NCBI GenBank assembly: GCA_965250045.1
Contig: OZ252286.1
Span: 434,355 to 498,354, forward strand
DNA: 64,000 nt
DNA from: Candidatus Marinacidobacterium sp.
GTDB lineage: Bacteria > Acidobacteriota > Vicinamibacteria > Marinacidobacterales > Marinacidobacteraceae
Direction of reading: 5' to 3'
Shown here: one piece after another, positions 56,002 through 64,000 of the stretch
Layout: each line of letters begins with the position of its first letter
Position numbering within the stretch: position 1 is the first letter of the stretch
Translations under genes and position numbers: made by a program
The notes under the pieces: model-generated
Seen by the model: only the letters and a program-made list of their open reading frames with translations
What the model was told of the DNA's origin: nothing
The model's database searches: none

Positions 56002-58020
56002 ATGCGCCTGATTGCGACCACGGTGGTCTCCTGTTTACTGCTGGCAACGGGAATAGCGCAAGCCGAGCTGGTCCGCCTGCGGGTGGAACGCCGCGAAACG
56101 GTGGCGAACGGCATGGCGTTCGGTCTGGCCGGCCCCTACGAGAAGCTGGTCGGGATGGCTGACTTCGCCCTCGATCCCGATGTGCCGCAGAATCGAATCA
56201 TCGTTGACCTTCCCCTCGCGCCGAGGAACGCCGATGGCCGTGTCGAGTTCAGCGCGGAGTTCTTTCTCCTGAAACCTGTCGATCCGACTCGCGGCAACGG
56301 GCGGCTCTTCTACGAAGCGGGAAACCGGGGCTCGAAACGCATCCTCGTGACGTTCCAGCAGGCGGCGCGGGCGTCCGATCCGATGACTGCGGAAGAGTTC
56401 GGCGACGGGGCGCTGATGCGTGACGGTTTCTCGCTGCTCTGGATGGGTTGGCAGTGGGACACGCCCGAGGGACGGATGCGCATGACCATGCCGATCGCCA
56501 CCGAGGGCGGCGATCCGATTACCGGGTTGGTGCGCGGCAACTTCATCGTTGCCGCCCGGGACCAGCCCGGGCTGCTCGCCGATCGCGGTCATGCGGCCTA
56601 TTCGGTCGTCGGCCCCGGGAACAATGAGCACGCCATGACGGTGCGGGACCTTCCGACCGATCCGCCGGAGACGGTGCCTCGGGACACATGGCGATTCACC
56701 GAGCCCGGCGTCGTGGAGCTCGATGGCGGCTTCGAGCCGGGCCGCATCTACGACGTGGTCTATCTCAGCCGGGATCCAAAGGTGGTCGGCGTCGGGCTTG
56801 CGGGTACGCGCGACATCGTCAGCTTCTTCAAGTACGACACCACCGAGGCGAACCCGCTACCCGGCATCGAGTACGCGATCGGCTGGGGCGTGTCGCAGAC
56901 CGGACGCTTCCTGCGGCACTTCCTGTATGAGGGCTTCAATGAGGACGAGCAAGGTCGCCAGGTCTTCGATGGGGTCTTCGATCAGGTGGGGGGCGCCGGC
57001 CGCGGCTCCTTCAACCATCGGTTCGGGCAGGCGTCACGCGACGCCGAGCAGCACCTGAACTTCCTTTTCCCGGTGGACATGTTTCCGTTCACCGATGCGA
57101 CGACGACGGACCCGGTAACCGGCGAAACCGACGGTCTACTGGAACGGACGGAGACCACCGGGACGACACCGAAGCTGTTCCATGTGTTGACCAACTCGGA
57201 ATACTTCAACCGCGCCGGTTCGCTCGTTCACACCGACGTAACCGGCTCGCGGGATATCGAACCACCGGCGACCAGCCGCATCTATTTCATCTCGTCGGCG
57301 CCGCATGTCCTCGGTCGCTTTCCGCCGCAACCCAACCCGAACGAATCGTTTCGCGGGCAGGCGCCGATGAATACCCTGGCCTACGCGCCGGTGATACGCG
57401 CCCTGTTCCGGGCGCTCGACGCCTGGGTCGTTGAAGGAGACGAGCCGCCTCCGAGCCTCTATCCGCGCATCGACAACGGGACGCTCGCGCCGCCGGCGGA
57501 CGCCGGCTGGCCGCACATCCCCGGGTTCAGCCTTCCGCAGCATCCGCTGACGGCGCTGCGCCTCGATTTCGGACCCGATTGGGACCGGGGCATCGTGACC
57601 AGGGAGCCACCCGGAATCGGCGCCCCCTTCGTCCAGCTGGTGCCGGCCGTGGACGCCGACGGGAACGACCGCGCCGGGATCCGGATGCCCGAAGTGGCGG
57701 TTCCGCTGGCGACCCACACCGGCTGGAACTACCGGCACGCGAGCATCGGCGCTCCGGATCGTCTGTCCGGCGAGATCGGCTCCTACTTCGCCTTTCCGCG
57801 AACCCGTGCGGAAGGTGAGGAGTCCGACAATCCGCGACAATCCATCGAGGAGCGGTATCGCGACCGGCATGACTATCTGGGAAGAGTCACCCAGGCCGCG
57901 CTCAAACTGGTGGAGCGGGGTTATCTGTTGGCCGCCGACCTCCCGGACATCATCAATCGGGCCGGCCGCCACTATGACTGGGCACTATCGGAACACGAAC
58001 GGAGCGGCGACCGCCATTAG
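56002..58020 (+). CDS. secreted alpha/beta-hydrolase-domain protein of unknown specificity
   Basis: SD GGAGGAA. Signal peptide MRLIATTVVSCLLLATGIAQA. 672 aa. Confidence 0.75.
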   Translation: MRLIATTVVSCLLLATGIAQAELVRLRVERRETVANGMAFGLAGPYEKLVGMADFALDPDVPQNRIIVDLPLAPRNADGRVEFSAEFFLLKPVDPTRGNGRLFYEAGNRGSKRILVTFQQAARASDPMTAEEFGDGALMRDGFSLLWMGWQWDTPEGRMRMTMPIATEGGDPITGLVRGNFIVAARDQPGLLADRGHAAYSVVGPGNNEHAMTVRDLPTDPPETVPRDTWRFTEPGVVELDGGFEPGRIYDVVYLSRDPKVVGVGLAGTRDIVSFFKYDTTEANPLPGIEYAIGWGVSQTGRFLRHFLYEGFNEDEQGRQVFDGVFDQVGGAGRGSFNHRFGQASRDAEQHLNFLFPVDMFPFTDATTTDPVTGETDGLLERTETTGTTPKLFHVLTNSEYFNRAGSLVHTDVTGSRDIEPPATSRIYFISSAPHVLGRFPPQPNPNESFRGQAPMNTLAYAPVIRALFRALDAWVVEGDEPPPSLYPRIDNGTLAPPADAGWPHIPGFSLPQHPLTALRLDFGPDWDRGIVTREPPGIGAPFVQLVPAVDADGNDRAGIRMPEVAVPLATHTGWNYRHASIGAPDRLSGEIGSYFAFPRTRAEGEESDNPRQSIEERYRDRHDYLGRVTQAALKLVERGYLLAADLPDIINRAGRHYDWALSEHERSGDRH

Positions 58021-58030
58021 AGAGGCGAAT

Positions 58031-58215
58031 CACCCCCGAACTCGGGGTCCTTCCCTGCCGCCCGCCTGCGGCGGGCTGTGCCGGCCGGAGGTCGGCGTTC
58101 CCTTGCCTGCGCGTCACTCTGCATGGTGGCGTGGGGCCGAGACTTTCACCATCCAGGGAACTGCACTTTCATGGCGGCGGGGTGAACAGGCCGACCCGAT
58201 CATGAGGGTTTCTCC
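58031..58215. repeat. Family-B repeat element (about 185 bp, about 80% identical to 21670-21855)
   Basis: Shared CCCCCGAACT...TTCCCTGCCGCCCGCCTGCGGCGGGCTGTGCCGGCCGGAGGTCGGCGTTCCCTTGCCTGCGCGTC...GCACTTTCATGGCGGCGGGGTG...GATCATGAGGGTTTC. Confidence 0.75.
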
Positions 58216-58348
58216 CGGTGGGGCCCGGCATCGCCGCCGGAGGCGGGCGCGACAGTAAGAAAGCACTCCCGCATTTGGGGGGCGCTCATCCTGCCAAGCG
58301 CCAGTGATACCGCCCTGCGAGCCAGCGAGATGCCCGGCGGATTTGCGG

Positions 58349-58954
58349 TTACTCCGACGGTTGTACCAGCCGTCCCAGCGCCACTACCGTCACCGCCCCG
58401 TACACGCCCCCGAACAACGCTCCGAACAGCGGACTCTCCCCCTCGAACCCGATGGCCGCGCCCACCGCCACGGTGACGACTGCGGCCAGGACGAAACCGC
58501 CGGCGCTGGCGGCGGCCAACCGGCCGGCTCCCGGCGCGCACCGCCGAAGCACGAGCCAGTGCGCGAGAACGAAGGCGGTAAGCCCCACCACGGCGGGCAC
58601 CGCCGGCGGCTCGGGGTAGCCGGCCAGGCTCAGGGCCTCGTCTGCCGCGAAGCCGGTGGCGGCGGCGGCCGCCCCGGCGGCGGCAAGGGCCGCGGGCCAG
58701 CGGGCCGCCCAGGAGACCCGCTGGCGCAACAGCAGCCACTGCGCAAGCGCGATCCCGCCGAGGACTCCGCCCCCCGCAACCGCTCCTACGACCGCTTCCC
58801 CGACCACGCCGCCGAAGGCCTGGTGCGCCGCGCCTCCCACCAGGTAGGAGAGCGGCCGCGCCACCACCCCGGCCACCGCCATCCCGGCCGCGCTGGCGAG
58901 CACCCAGCGAAGCCGGAACCCGCGGTCCGTCAGCCCGTGGTCCGGCTCCGACAT
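58349..58954 (-). CDS. Gly/Ala-rich polytopic membrane protein of unknown function with an internal duplication. This is the full-length paralog of the fragments at 54030 and 55690.
   Basis: 201 aa. 5-6 TM segments. Supported as a gene by conservation of its paralogous copies. Confidence 0.6.
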   Translation of the reverse strand: MSEPDHGLTDRGFRLRWVLASAAGMAVAGVVARPLSYLVGGAAHQAFGGVVGEAVVGAVAGGGVLGGIALAQWLLLRQRVSWAARWPAALAAAGAAAAATGFAADEALSLAGYPEPPAVPAVVGLTAFVLAHWLVLRRCAPGAGRLAAASAGGFVLAAVVTVAVGAAIGFEGESPLFGALFGGVYGAVTVVALGRLVQPSE

Positions 58955-58979
58955 TCTCGGTGGCGACCCGTCTACCCCG

Positions 58980-60416
58980 TCAGCGGACCTTCTCGGAGTA
59001 GTTCACCCCGACGTAGATGCGCACCGCGGCGCCCTCGTCGTTCACTTGGAAGCGCACCAGTTCCCCGTGGGCGCCGAAGCCGTCGCTCTCCAGCCGGAAC
59101 ACGTGGGGTTCGTCGGTGGAGCGCAGAACCCCCTTCGAACGGTCGGGGTTTTCCGAAAGCGGCGAGAAGATCACCAGTTCATCCTCGAGGCGTAGAACGC
59201 TCGTATCCCCCCAACGGTTGCGGTAGGTGCCGAGGTAGATGTCCCAATCCGGATCGTAGGTGACGGTCTTCTCCTCCTCCTTCGCCAGGTGCGGAGCCAC
59301 CCATTCGAAGGCCTTGTCGACATAGCGGCCGGGGTTTCCGTCACCCCCGTTCGTGAACACCACGACGCCGACCTTCTCCTCGGGGCTCAACTGGGTCTGG
59401 GTGCGGTAGCCGGGGTAGGAGCCGCCGTGGCCGATGAGGTCGCGGTCCTCGGTATGGCGTACCGAAAAACCAAGCCCCCAGCCGCTGTCCCAGGAAGGCT
59501 GGACCCAATGGACCCGCTGCATCTCGAGGAGGGTGTTCGTCGCCAGCACCTCATCGCTGCGACGGTCACGCACGCGCATCTGCCACTGGAGGAACTTGAG
59601 CATGTCGGGGACGGTGGAGGAGACCCCGGTCGCCGGATCAAAGGCCCGGGCGTCCACGAAGGGCATGCTCTGGCGGCTGCCATCCGCCATCCGCCGGCCG
59701 TATCCGGTAGCGAGGCGGCCATCGTGATCGGCCGGGATCGGACCCACGCTCGTCGAGTCCATCCCGAGTGGCTCGAGGATTCCCTGGTTCACGAGTTCGG
59801 CGAACGACTTTCCGGAGGCGGCCTCCGCCACCATCCCGGCGAGGGTGAAGCCCAGGTTCGAGTACTTCCATTTGGTCTCGGTGGCGTAGGTGGTTTCCTG
59901 ATCGGAGATGGTGTCGCGCACCGCCTCGGCCTCGGGAAACTCGAAATCGGTCCACGCCGGGTGGATGGACTCCCGCGGCAGACCGGCGGTGTGGGTGAGG
60001 AGGTGCCGGACGGTCACCGGACGGGCCTTGGGGTGGCGGTTCTCGATATCGAACCACGGAAGGTGGGTCGCGACCTCATCATCCAGGCGGAGCGCTCCGG
60101 CGTCCCGGGCACGGAGCACGCTGATCGCGGTGAAGAGTTTCGAGTGGGAAGCGATGCGGAAGATCCCGTCCTCCCGCATCGGTGTTTCGGGGTCGAGGGA
60201 GGCGTACCCGTACGCCTTCAGCCAGACGAGGTCCTGATCGTGGACGATGCCGATCACGAGTCCGACTCCCGAGTACTCGACTTGTGAGCGAATCCACTCG
60301 TCGAGCATGGTGATTCCCGCCTGGACCTTCGGGTCGGGATCCTCCGCTGCCCGGGCGGGCAGGCTGAGAAGGAGTGCGGCGAGGACAGCGCCCGCCAGGA
60401 CGATTTGTCGAAACAT
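58980..60416 (-). CDS. secreted serine hydrolase (class C beta-lactamase / penicillin-binding-protein-related family)
   Basis: Signal peptide. SxxK motif IASHSKLFTA. YSN (KYSNLG). HGG (IGHGGSYPG). Confidence 0.85.
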   Translation of the reverse strand: MFRQIVLAGAVLAALLLSLPARAAEDPDPKVQAGITMLDEWIRSQVEYSGVGLVIGIVHDQDLVWLKAYGYASLDPETPMREDGIFRIASHSKLFTAISVLRARDAGALRLDDEVATHLPWFDIENRHPKARPVTVRHLLTHTAGLPRESIHPAWTDFEFPEAEAVRDTISDQETTYATETKWKYSNLGFTLAGMVAEAASGKSFAELVNQGILEPLGMDSTSVGPIPADHDGRLATGYGRRMADGSRQSMPFVDARAFDPATGVSSTVPDMLKFLQWQMRVRDRRSDEVLATNTLLEMQRVHWVQPSWDSGWGLGFSVRHTEDRDLIGHGGSYPGYRTQTQLSPEEKVGVVVFTNGGDGNPGRYVDKAFEWVAPHLAKEEEKTVTYDPDWDIYLGTYRNRWGDTSVLRLEDELVIFSPLSENPDRSKGVLRSTDEPHVFRLESDGFGAHGELVRFQVNDEGAAVRIYVGVNYSEKVR

Positions 60417-60439
60417 ATGGCTACGGCCGTTAGTGGCTC

Positions 60440-60600
60440 GTGGACAGAGTGGCGTGAGCGCCGAGACCGGCGAGGCGCCCGGCTGACAAGGCGCGCGAGG
60501 AAGGAATACCTAGTGTATTTCGACCGAAGCGCAACGATGAGGGGCGCGAAGCGGCTCCGTTCAGCCGGGATGGATCGCCGGTCGAACGCCGCGTGACTCT
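60440..60600. repeat. Family-A element, partial, in inverted orientation
   Basis: GTGAGCGCCGAGACCGGCGAGGCGCCCGGCTGACAAGGCGCGCGAGGAAGGAATACCTAGTGTATTTCGACCGAAGCGCAACGATGAGGGGCGCGAAGCGGCTCCGTTCAGCCGGGATGGATCGCCGG. Confidence 0.7.
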
Positions 60601-60613
60601 GTGCACGGGCCGC

Positions 60614-61807
60614 TTAACGCCGGAAGACAACGGCGCCGTCCACCAGGACCACCGCGGTCTTGGCGTAGGTGCCAATCGGATGCGAATCCCAGATGACGAC
60701 ATCGGCGTCGAGGCCGGGGGCGAGGCTCCCGATGCGGTCATCCACGCCGAGGATCGCTGCCGCGTCCGCGGTGACCGCGGTGAGCGCCGCTGCCCGCGGC
60801 AGCCCGTGGGCCCAGGCGACGATCGCTTCCATCGCGACCGAGCGGCCCCGGGAGCCGAAGGTGGAGAGCGCGATCTTCACGCCGGCGGCATGGAGGATTC
60901 CGGCCGTGGCGGGCGTGTGGCCCTTGAGTTCCATCGGGCCTCCGTCTCCGATCCCGATAATCGAAGGGCCGACCACCACCGGGACTCCAGCCTCGGCGAG
61001 CCGGGATGCCACGGTCGAGGCGCCAGCCGCCTGATCCAGCACGAGGCGCACTTCGAACTCCGCGGCGACCCGGAGCGCCGTCTCGATGTCGTCGGGCTTG
61101 TTGGCGAGTATCCGGAGCGGCAGTTCGCCCGCAAGCAGGCGGCCCAATGTCCGGCCGGCCTCGCCGGAGATGGCGTCCTCTCCCGCGCGGATCAGCGTGT
61201 TCCGGAGGTCGTAGATCATCCCCTGCCGGGTGGTGCGTCCACCGGGCGCCTCGCGGCCCGGGGGGGTGTCCCCGACCGCCGATTCGCCGAACGAGGCGGC
61301 CACTGCCACCTCCTCGGCCAGGAGAGCGGTCTCCGCGGGCCCGGAGAGCTTCACGACCGCTCCCGTGCCGCCGATCAGGAGCCGCGGATCGGGGGCCAGA
61401 TAGACCGATGTGACTCCGGATTGGAGCCACAGCGGAGCCGGGTTCTCGGCGAAGCGATCCGCGGCGCGCACCTGGGGGACGATCGCTGCATCGGGATCGC
61501 CGCTCAGGCTGACGAGCCCCCCGCCCTCTCCCGGAGAGGTGCCGAGGAACGTCTGGGCGTCAATGAACCCCGGAGTGACGACCATCCCCTCGGCGGAGAT
61601 CACCTCGGCCCCCTCCGGAAGCTCGACTCCCGGGCCAACGGCGGTGATCTTCCCGGCCTCGATGACAACCGTGGCTCCTTCCAGGACTTCCCCGTTGCCG
61701 ATGTGCACTTCGCCACCGACAATGGCCACCGGCTGGGCGACGGCAAGGGCCGGACAGCCCAGTAGCGCCGCCAAGAAGATCAGCCGGAAGCGGAAACGCT
61801 GCATCAC
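60614..61807 (-). CDS. secreted amidohydrolase-family metal-dependent hydrolase
   Basis: Signal peptide. TPGFIDAQTF. C-terminal GSLAPGLDADVVIWD (Asp in the amidohydrolase active site). Confidence 0.8.
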   Translation of the reverse strand: MMQRFRFRLIFLAALLGCPALAVAQPVAIVGGEVHIGNGEVLEGATVVIEAGKITAVGPGVELPEGAEVISAEGMVVTPGFIDAQTFLGTSPGEGGGLVSLSGDPDAAIVPQVRAADRFAENPAPLWLQSGVTSVYLAPDPRLLIGGTGAVVKLSGPAETALLAEEVAVAASFGESAVGDTPPGREAPGGRTTRQGMIYDLRNTLIRAGEDAISGEAGRTLGRLLAGELPLRILANKPDDIETALRVAAEFEVRLVLDQAAGASTVASRLAEAGVPVVVGPSIIGIGDGGPMELKGHTPATAGILHAAGVKIALSTFGSRGRSVAMEAIVAWAHGLPRAAALTAVTADAAAILGVDDRIGSLAPGLDADVVIWDSHPIGTYAKTAVVLVDGAVVFRR

Positions 61808-63069
61808 CAGCCCTCCGGCACCACGTTGCCGAAGACGTTGTAGCCGGTCTCGCGGTTGAAGACCTCCACCCCGTCCACGAAGACCGTCATCACCAGGCTC
61901 TCGTAGGCGAGCGGGTCCTCGCCGTCCAAAATGGCGATGTCGGCGTCCTTGCCGGCTTCGAGGCTGCCGACCCGGTCGTCGATGTGGAAGATACGGGCGC
62001 CGTTCAGAGTGAGCGCGGCAAGCGCCTCTTCCGGCGGCATGCCCTGCCGGACGAACATCGCGCCGGTGTGGCGTAGCCAGTAGGGATGGCCGTCCGGAGG
62101 ATCCTGATGGAACGCCACCAGCCCGCCGAGTTCCGCGAGCCGCACCGGACCGAGGAGATCCTCGCTCTCGCGGCTGTCACCCGGCAGCACCGGGCCGAAA
62201 CTCACGGGCATGCCAAGTTCGTGGAGTTCCTCCGCGAGCGCCAGCGTCGCCCCGCCGTGATGGATGTAGGCATCGAGGTCGAACCGGCGCTTGATTTCCA
62301 TCGCGTGGCGCATCTGCTGCTCTGAGCTCGAATGGATGCCGAGGACCCACTCGCGGGTCAGCAGCCGGCCGAGCGCCTCCCGCGTGAGGTTCCGGGGCGG
62401 TCTGGCTTGCTCGGGATCCGCCTCGTGCGCGGCGATGGCGTCGAGGTACTCCTGGGCGGCCTCCAATTCGCCGCTCAGCAGGTCGAAGACCTCCTGCTCG
62501 TTCTCGGGAAAGTTCGGATACGGGGTGGTGGCGCGGATCGCGAACTTGATCCCGCCGGGAGCCAAGTACATGTCCTCGACGGTTCCGCCCCGCATCTTGA
62601 CGAGGGCCGACTGGCCGCTGTTGGGGCTCCGGCTGCCCGTGGTGATGTTCTGGGTGGTGATGCCCGAGGCGACCGCCAGGGCGAGAGCGGGGTCCTTGGA
62701 GTCCAGCCCGTCAATCGCCCGCACATGGGCGTTGATGGGGACCGACAACTCATTGTTGTTGGATCCCGTCGCGGGCAGGTTGAGCACCTTGAAGCCGGTG
62801 TGGGAATGGGTCTCGATGATCCCCGGGATGACGCTCATCCCGGTAGCGTCGATCACCTCGGCTCCGGCAGGAATCGAAACGTCGGCGCCGACCGCCTCGA
62901 TCTTGCCGTCCCGGATCACCACGGTGCCCCCGGGAATCGGCTCGGAACTCACCGGGTACACGAGCCCGCCGGTGATGGCGATCAGCCCTGATTCCGGTTC
63001 TCCAGGCCCACAGGCGGACGCGGCAAGCGCCGTCGCCAGCCCAAGAGTGAGAACCGTTCTGCCCTTCAT
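61804..63069 (-). CDS. amidohydrolase-family lipoprotein. Its stop overlaps the downstream amidohydrolase start, so the two form an operon.
   Basis: Lipobox LATALAASACG. IPGIIETHSHTG (HxH metal site). GSLEAGKDADIAILD. Confidence 0.8.
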   Translation of the reverse strand: MKGRTVLTLGLATALAASACGPGEPESGLIAITGGLVYPVSSEPIPGGTVVIRDGKIEAVGADVSIPAGAEVIDATGMSVIPGIIETHSHTGFKVLNLPATGSNNNELSVPINAHVRAIDGLDSKDPALALAVASGITTQNITTGSRSPNSGQSALVKMRGGTVEDMYLAPGGIKFAIRATTPYPNFPENEQEVFDLLSGELEAAQEYLDAIAAHEADPEQARPPRNLTREALGRLLTREWVLGIHSSSEQQMRHAMEIKRRFDLDAYIHHGGATLALAEELHELGMPVSFGPVLPGDSRESEDLLGPVRLAELGGLVAFHQDPPDGHPYWLRHTGAMFVRQGMPPEEALAALTLNGARIFHIDDRVGSLEAGKDADIAILDGEDPLAYESLVMTVFVDGVEVFNRETGYNVFGNVVPEGW

Positions 63070-63409
63070 GGTTCCGGCCTGCCACTGTATCAGGGTGCGC
63101 TCGGCGATTCTTGTGGGAAGCCTGCAGACCAAAGTGACGACCCGTAGGCTGGGAACTAGGGTTCAGACCGGCACCGCGGCCCGACGGGCCGCGAACTACG
63201 CAGCACCCGAGAGCTGGATGGTCGGGACGCCGCCCATAGGGCATTCACCCCGCCCCGCGCCCACGTCCCACGGGGCCGCTCCCGACGGTGGAAGGCCTTA
63301 CAAAACGCGTGGGACAAGTTTTGGAGTGGCGAACAGGAGAGCCGCAAACGCCCCGGGTAGGGCGGAGCGGTAAGCGGTCGCGACATTCGAGGTTGGGAAA
63401 GGGTGGGGA

Positions 63410-63600
63410 ACTCACGTTGGCATGGCGTAGCATCATCGGCGCTGATTTCGCGCTCCCGCGCGATGCCGGCCGGAGGCCGGCGTTCCAAGCCGTCCCCGCG
63501 CTTTTGTTCCGGGGGGCGCTGTGCGATTCGCCGCGCTCCGCGCGGCGGTGCCGGTGCGAACACCGGCGTTCCCAGACTGGTGGGCCCCTCCGCAGATCGA
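63410..63600. repeat. Family-C REP-like element, full copy
   Basis: ACTCACGTTGGCATGGCG...GCGCTGATTTCGCGCTCCCGCGCGATGCCGGCCGGAGGCCGGCGTTCCAAGCCGTCCCCGCGCTT...GGTGCCGGTGCGAACACCGGCGTTCCC. Confidence 0.7.
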
Positions 63601-63624
63601 TAGTCCCTATAAAGTGGCGCCCGC

Positions 63625-64000
63625 ATGACGGGCGCGTGGGCCAACGTGGATGGCTGGATCGGTCCCGCCCACGAGGCGCGGGTGAGTCCGGTGGACGCGG
63701 GGTTCCTCTACGGGGAGGCCGTGTACGAGAACCTGCGGACGTACGGACAGGTGCCGTTCCTCTTCGCGTCGCACTTGACGCGGCTCCGGCACTCGGCCGA
63801 GTTCCTCGAGATTCCGGTCGCGGTGTCGGACAGGGAGATCACGGCCCGGCTCCGGGCCACCCAGGAGGCCTGCGGCATCATCGGTGAACACTCGCTCCGG
63901 GTGATCCTGACGGCCGGACCCCAGGGCGGCGAACCTTCGCTCATCATCCTGGTGCGTCCGCTTCCGCCGCTTCCGGTGGACCCGGAACGGGACGGGGTCG
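63625..64000 (+). CDS. class IV aminotransferase (branched-chain/D-amino-acid aminotransferase or aminodeoxychorismate lyase family). The 3' end is cut by the window end.
   Basis: Translated by hand: MTGAWANVDGWIGPAHEARVSPVDAGFLYGEAVYENLRTYGQVPFLFASHLTRLRHSAEFLEIP... This is the fold-type IV pattern. It is not in the ORF track because there is no stop within the window. Confidence 0.75.
   Translation, partial: MTGAWANVDGWIGPAHEARVSPVDAGFLYGEAVYENLRTYGQVPFLFASHLTRLRHSAEFLEIPVAVSDREITARLRATQEACGIIGEHSLRVILTAGPQGGEPSLIILVRPLPPLPVDPERDGV

Overview
This window is a high-GC (~68-70%) bacterial chromosomal segment. The 830-aa duplicated-FtsX ADOP-type permease suggests a Gemmatimonadota or Acidobacteria-like genome.

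Conserved housekeeping genes are present: gamma-glutamyltranspeptidase (partial), Fpg/Nei glycosylase, acnA, coaX, mqnA/D-like, udk, gatB, acyl-CoA ligase, accD, folC, proS, PlsB-like acyltransferase, aquaporin, trmB and an ABC transporter. Dense accessory material sits between them: three VapC-type toxin-antitoxin pairs, a solitary MNT-type nucleotidyltransferase, an AbiEi/AbiEii abortive-infection pair in an AT-rich pocket, one IS110-family element, a frameshifted yeiB-like gene, and two PF01637-like AAA ATPases in a locus with duplication scars.

Nearly every intergenic region is filled with modular palindromic repeats. I distinguish at least four families (A to D below), and some copies abut or supply start and stop codons of flanking genes. 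There are also two tandem-repeat arrays (18-bp and 62-bp units).

The most unusual observations:
- Two small toxin or nucleotidyltransferase cassettes are each flanked by direct repeats that duplicate the 3' end of the upstream host gene.
- The IS110 element has a roughly 259-bp left noncoding end (junction approximate) that is a candidate bridge RNA locus.
- A roughly 400-bp leader made of stacked hairpins lies upstream of trmB.
- Three DUF4013-like membrane-protein paralogs sit in tandem next to acnA.

No tRNA, rRNA or CRISPR was found.

Coordinates for start codons are mostly derived from ORF-track arithmetic and are reliable to within a codon. Repeat boundaries are approximate, about +/-10 bp.
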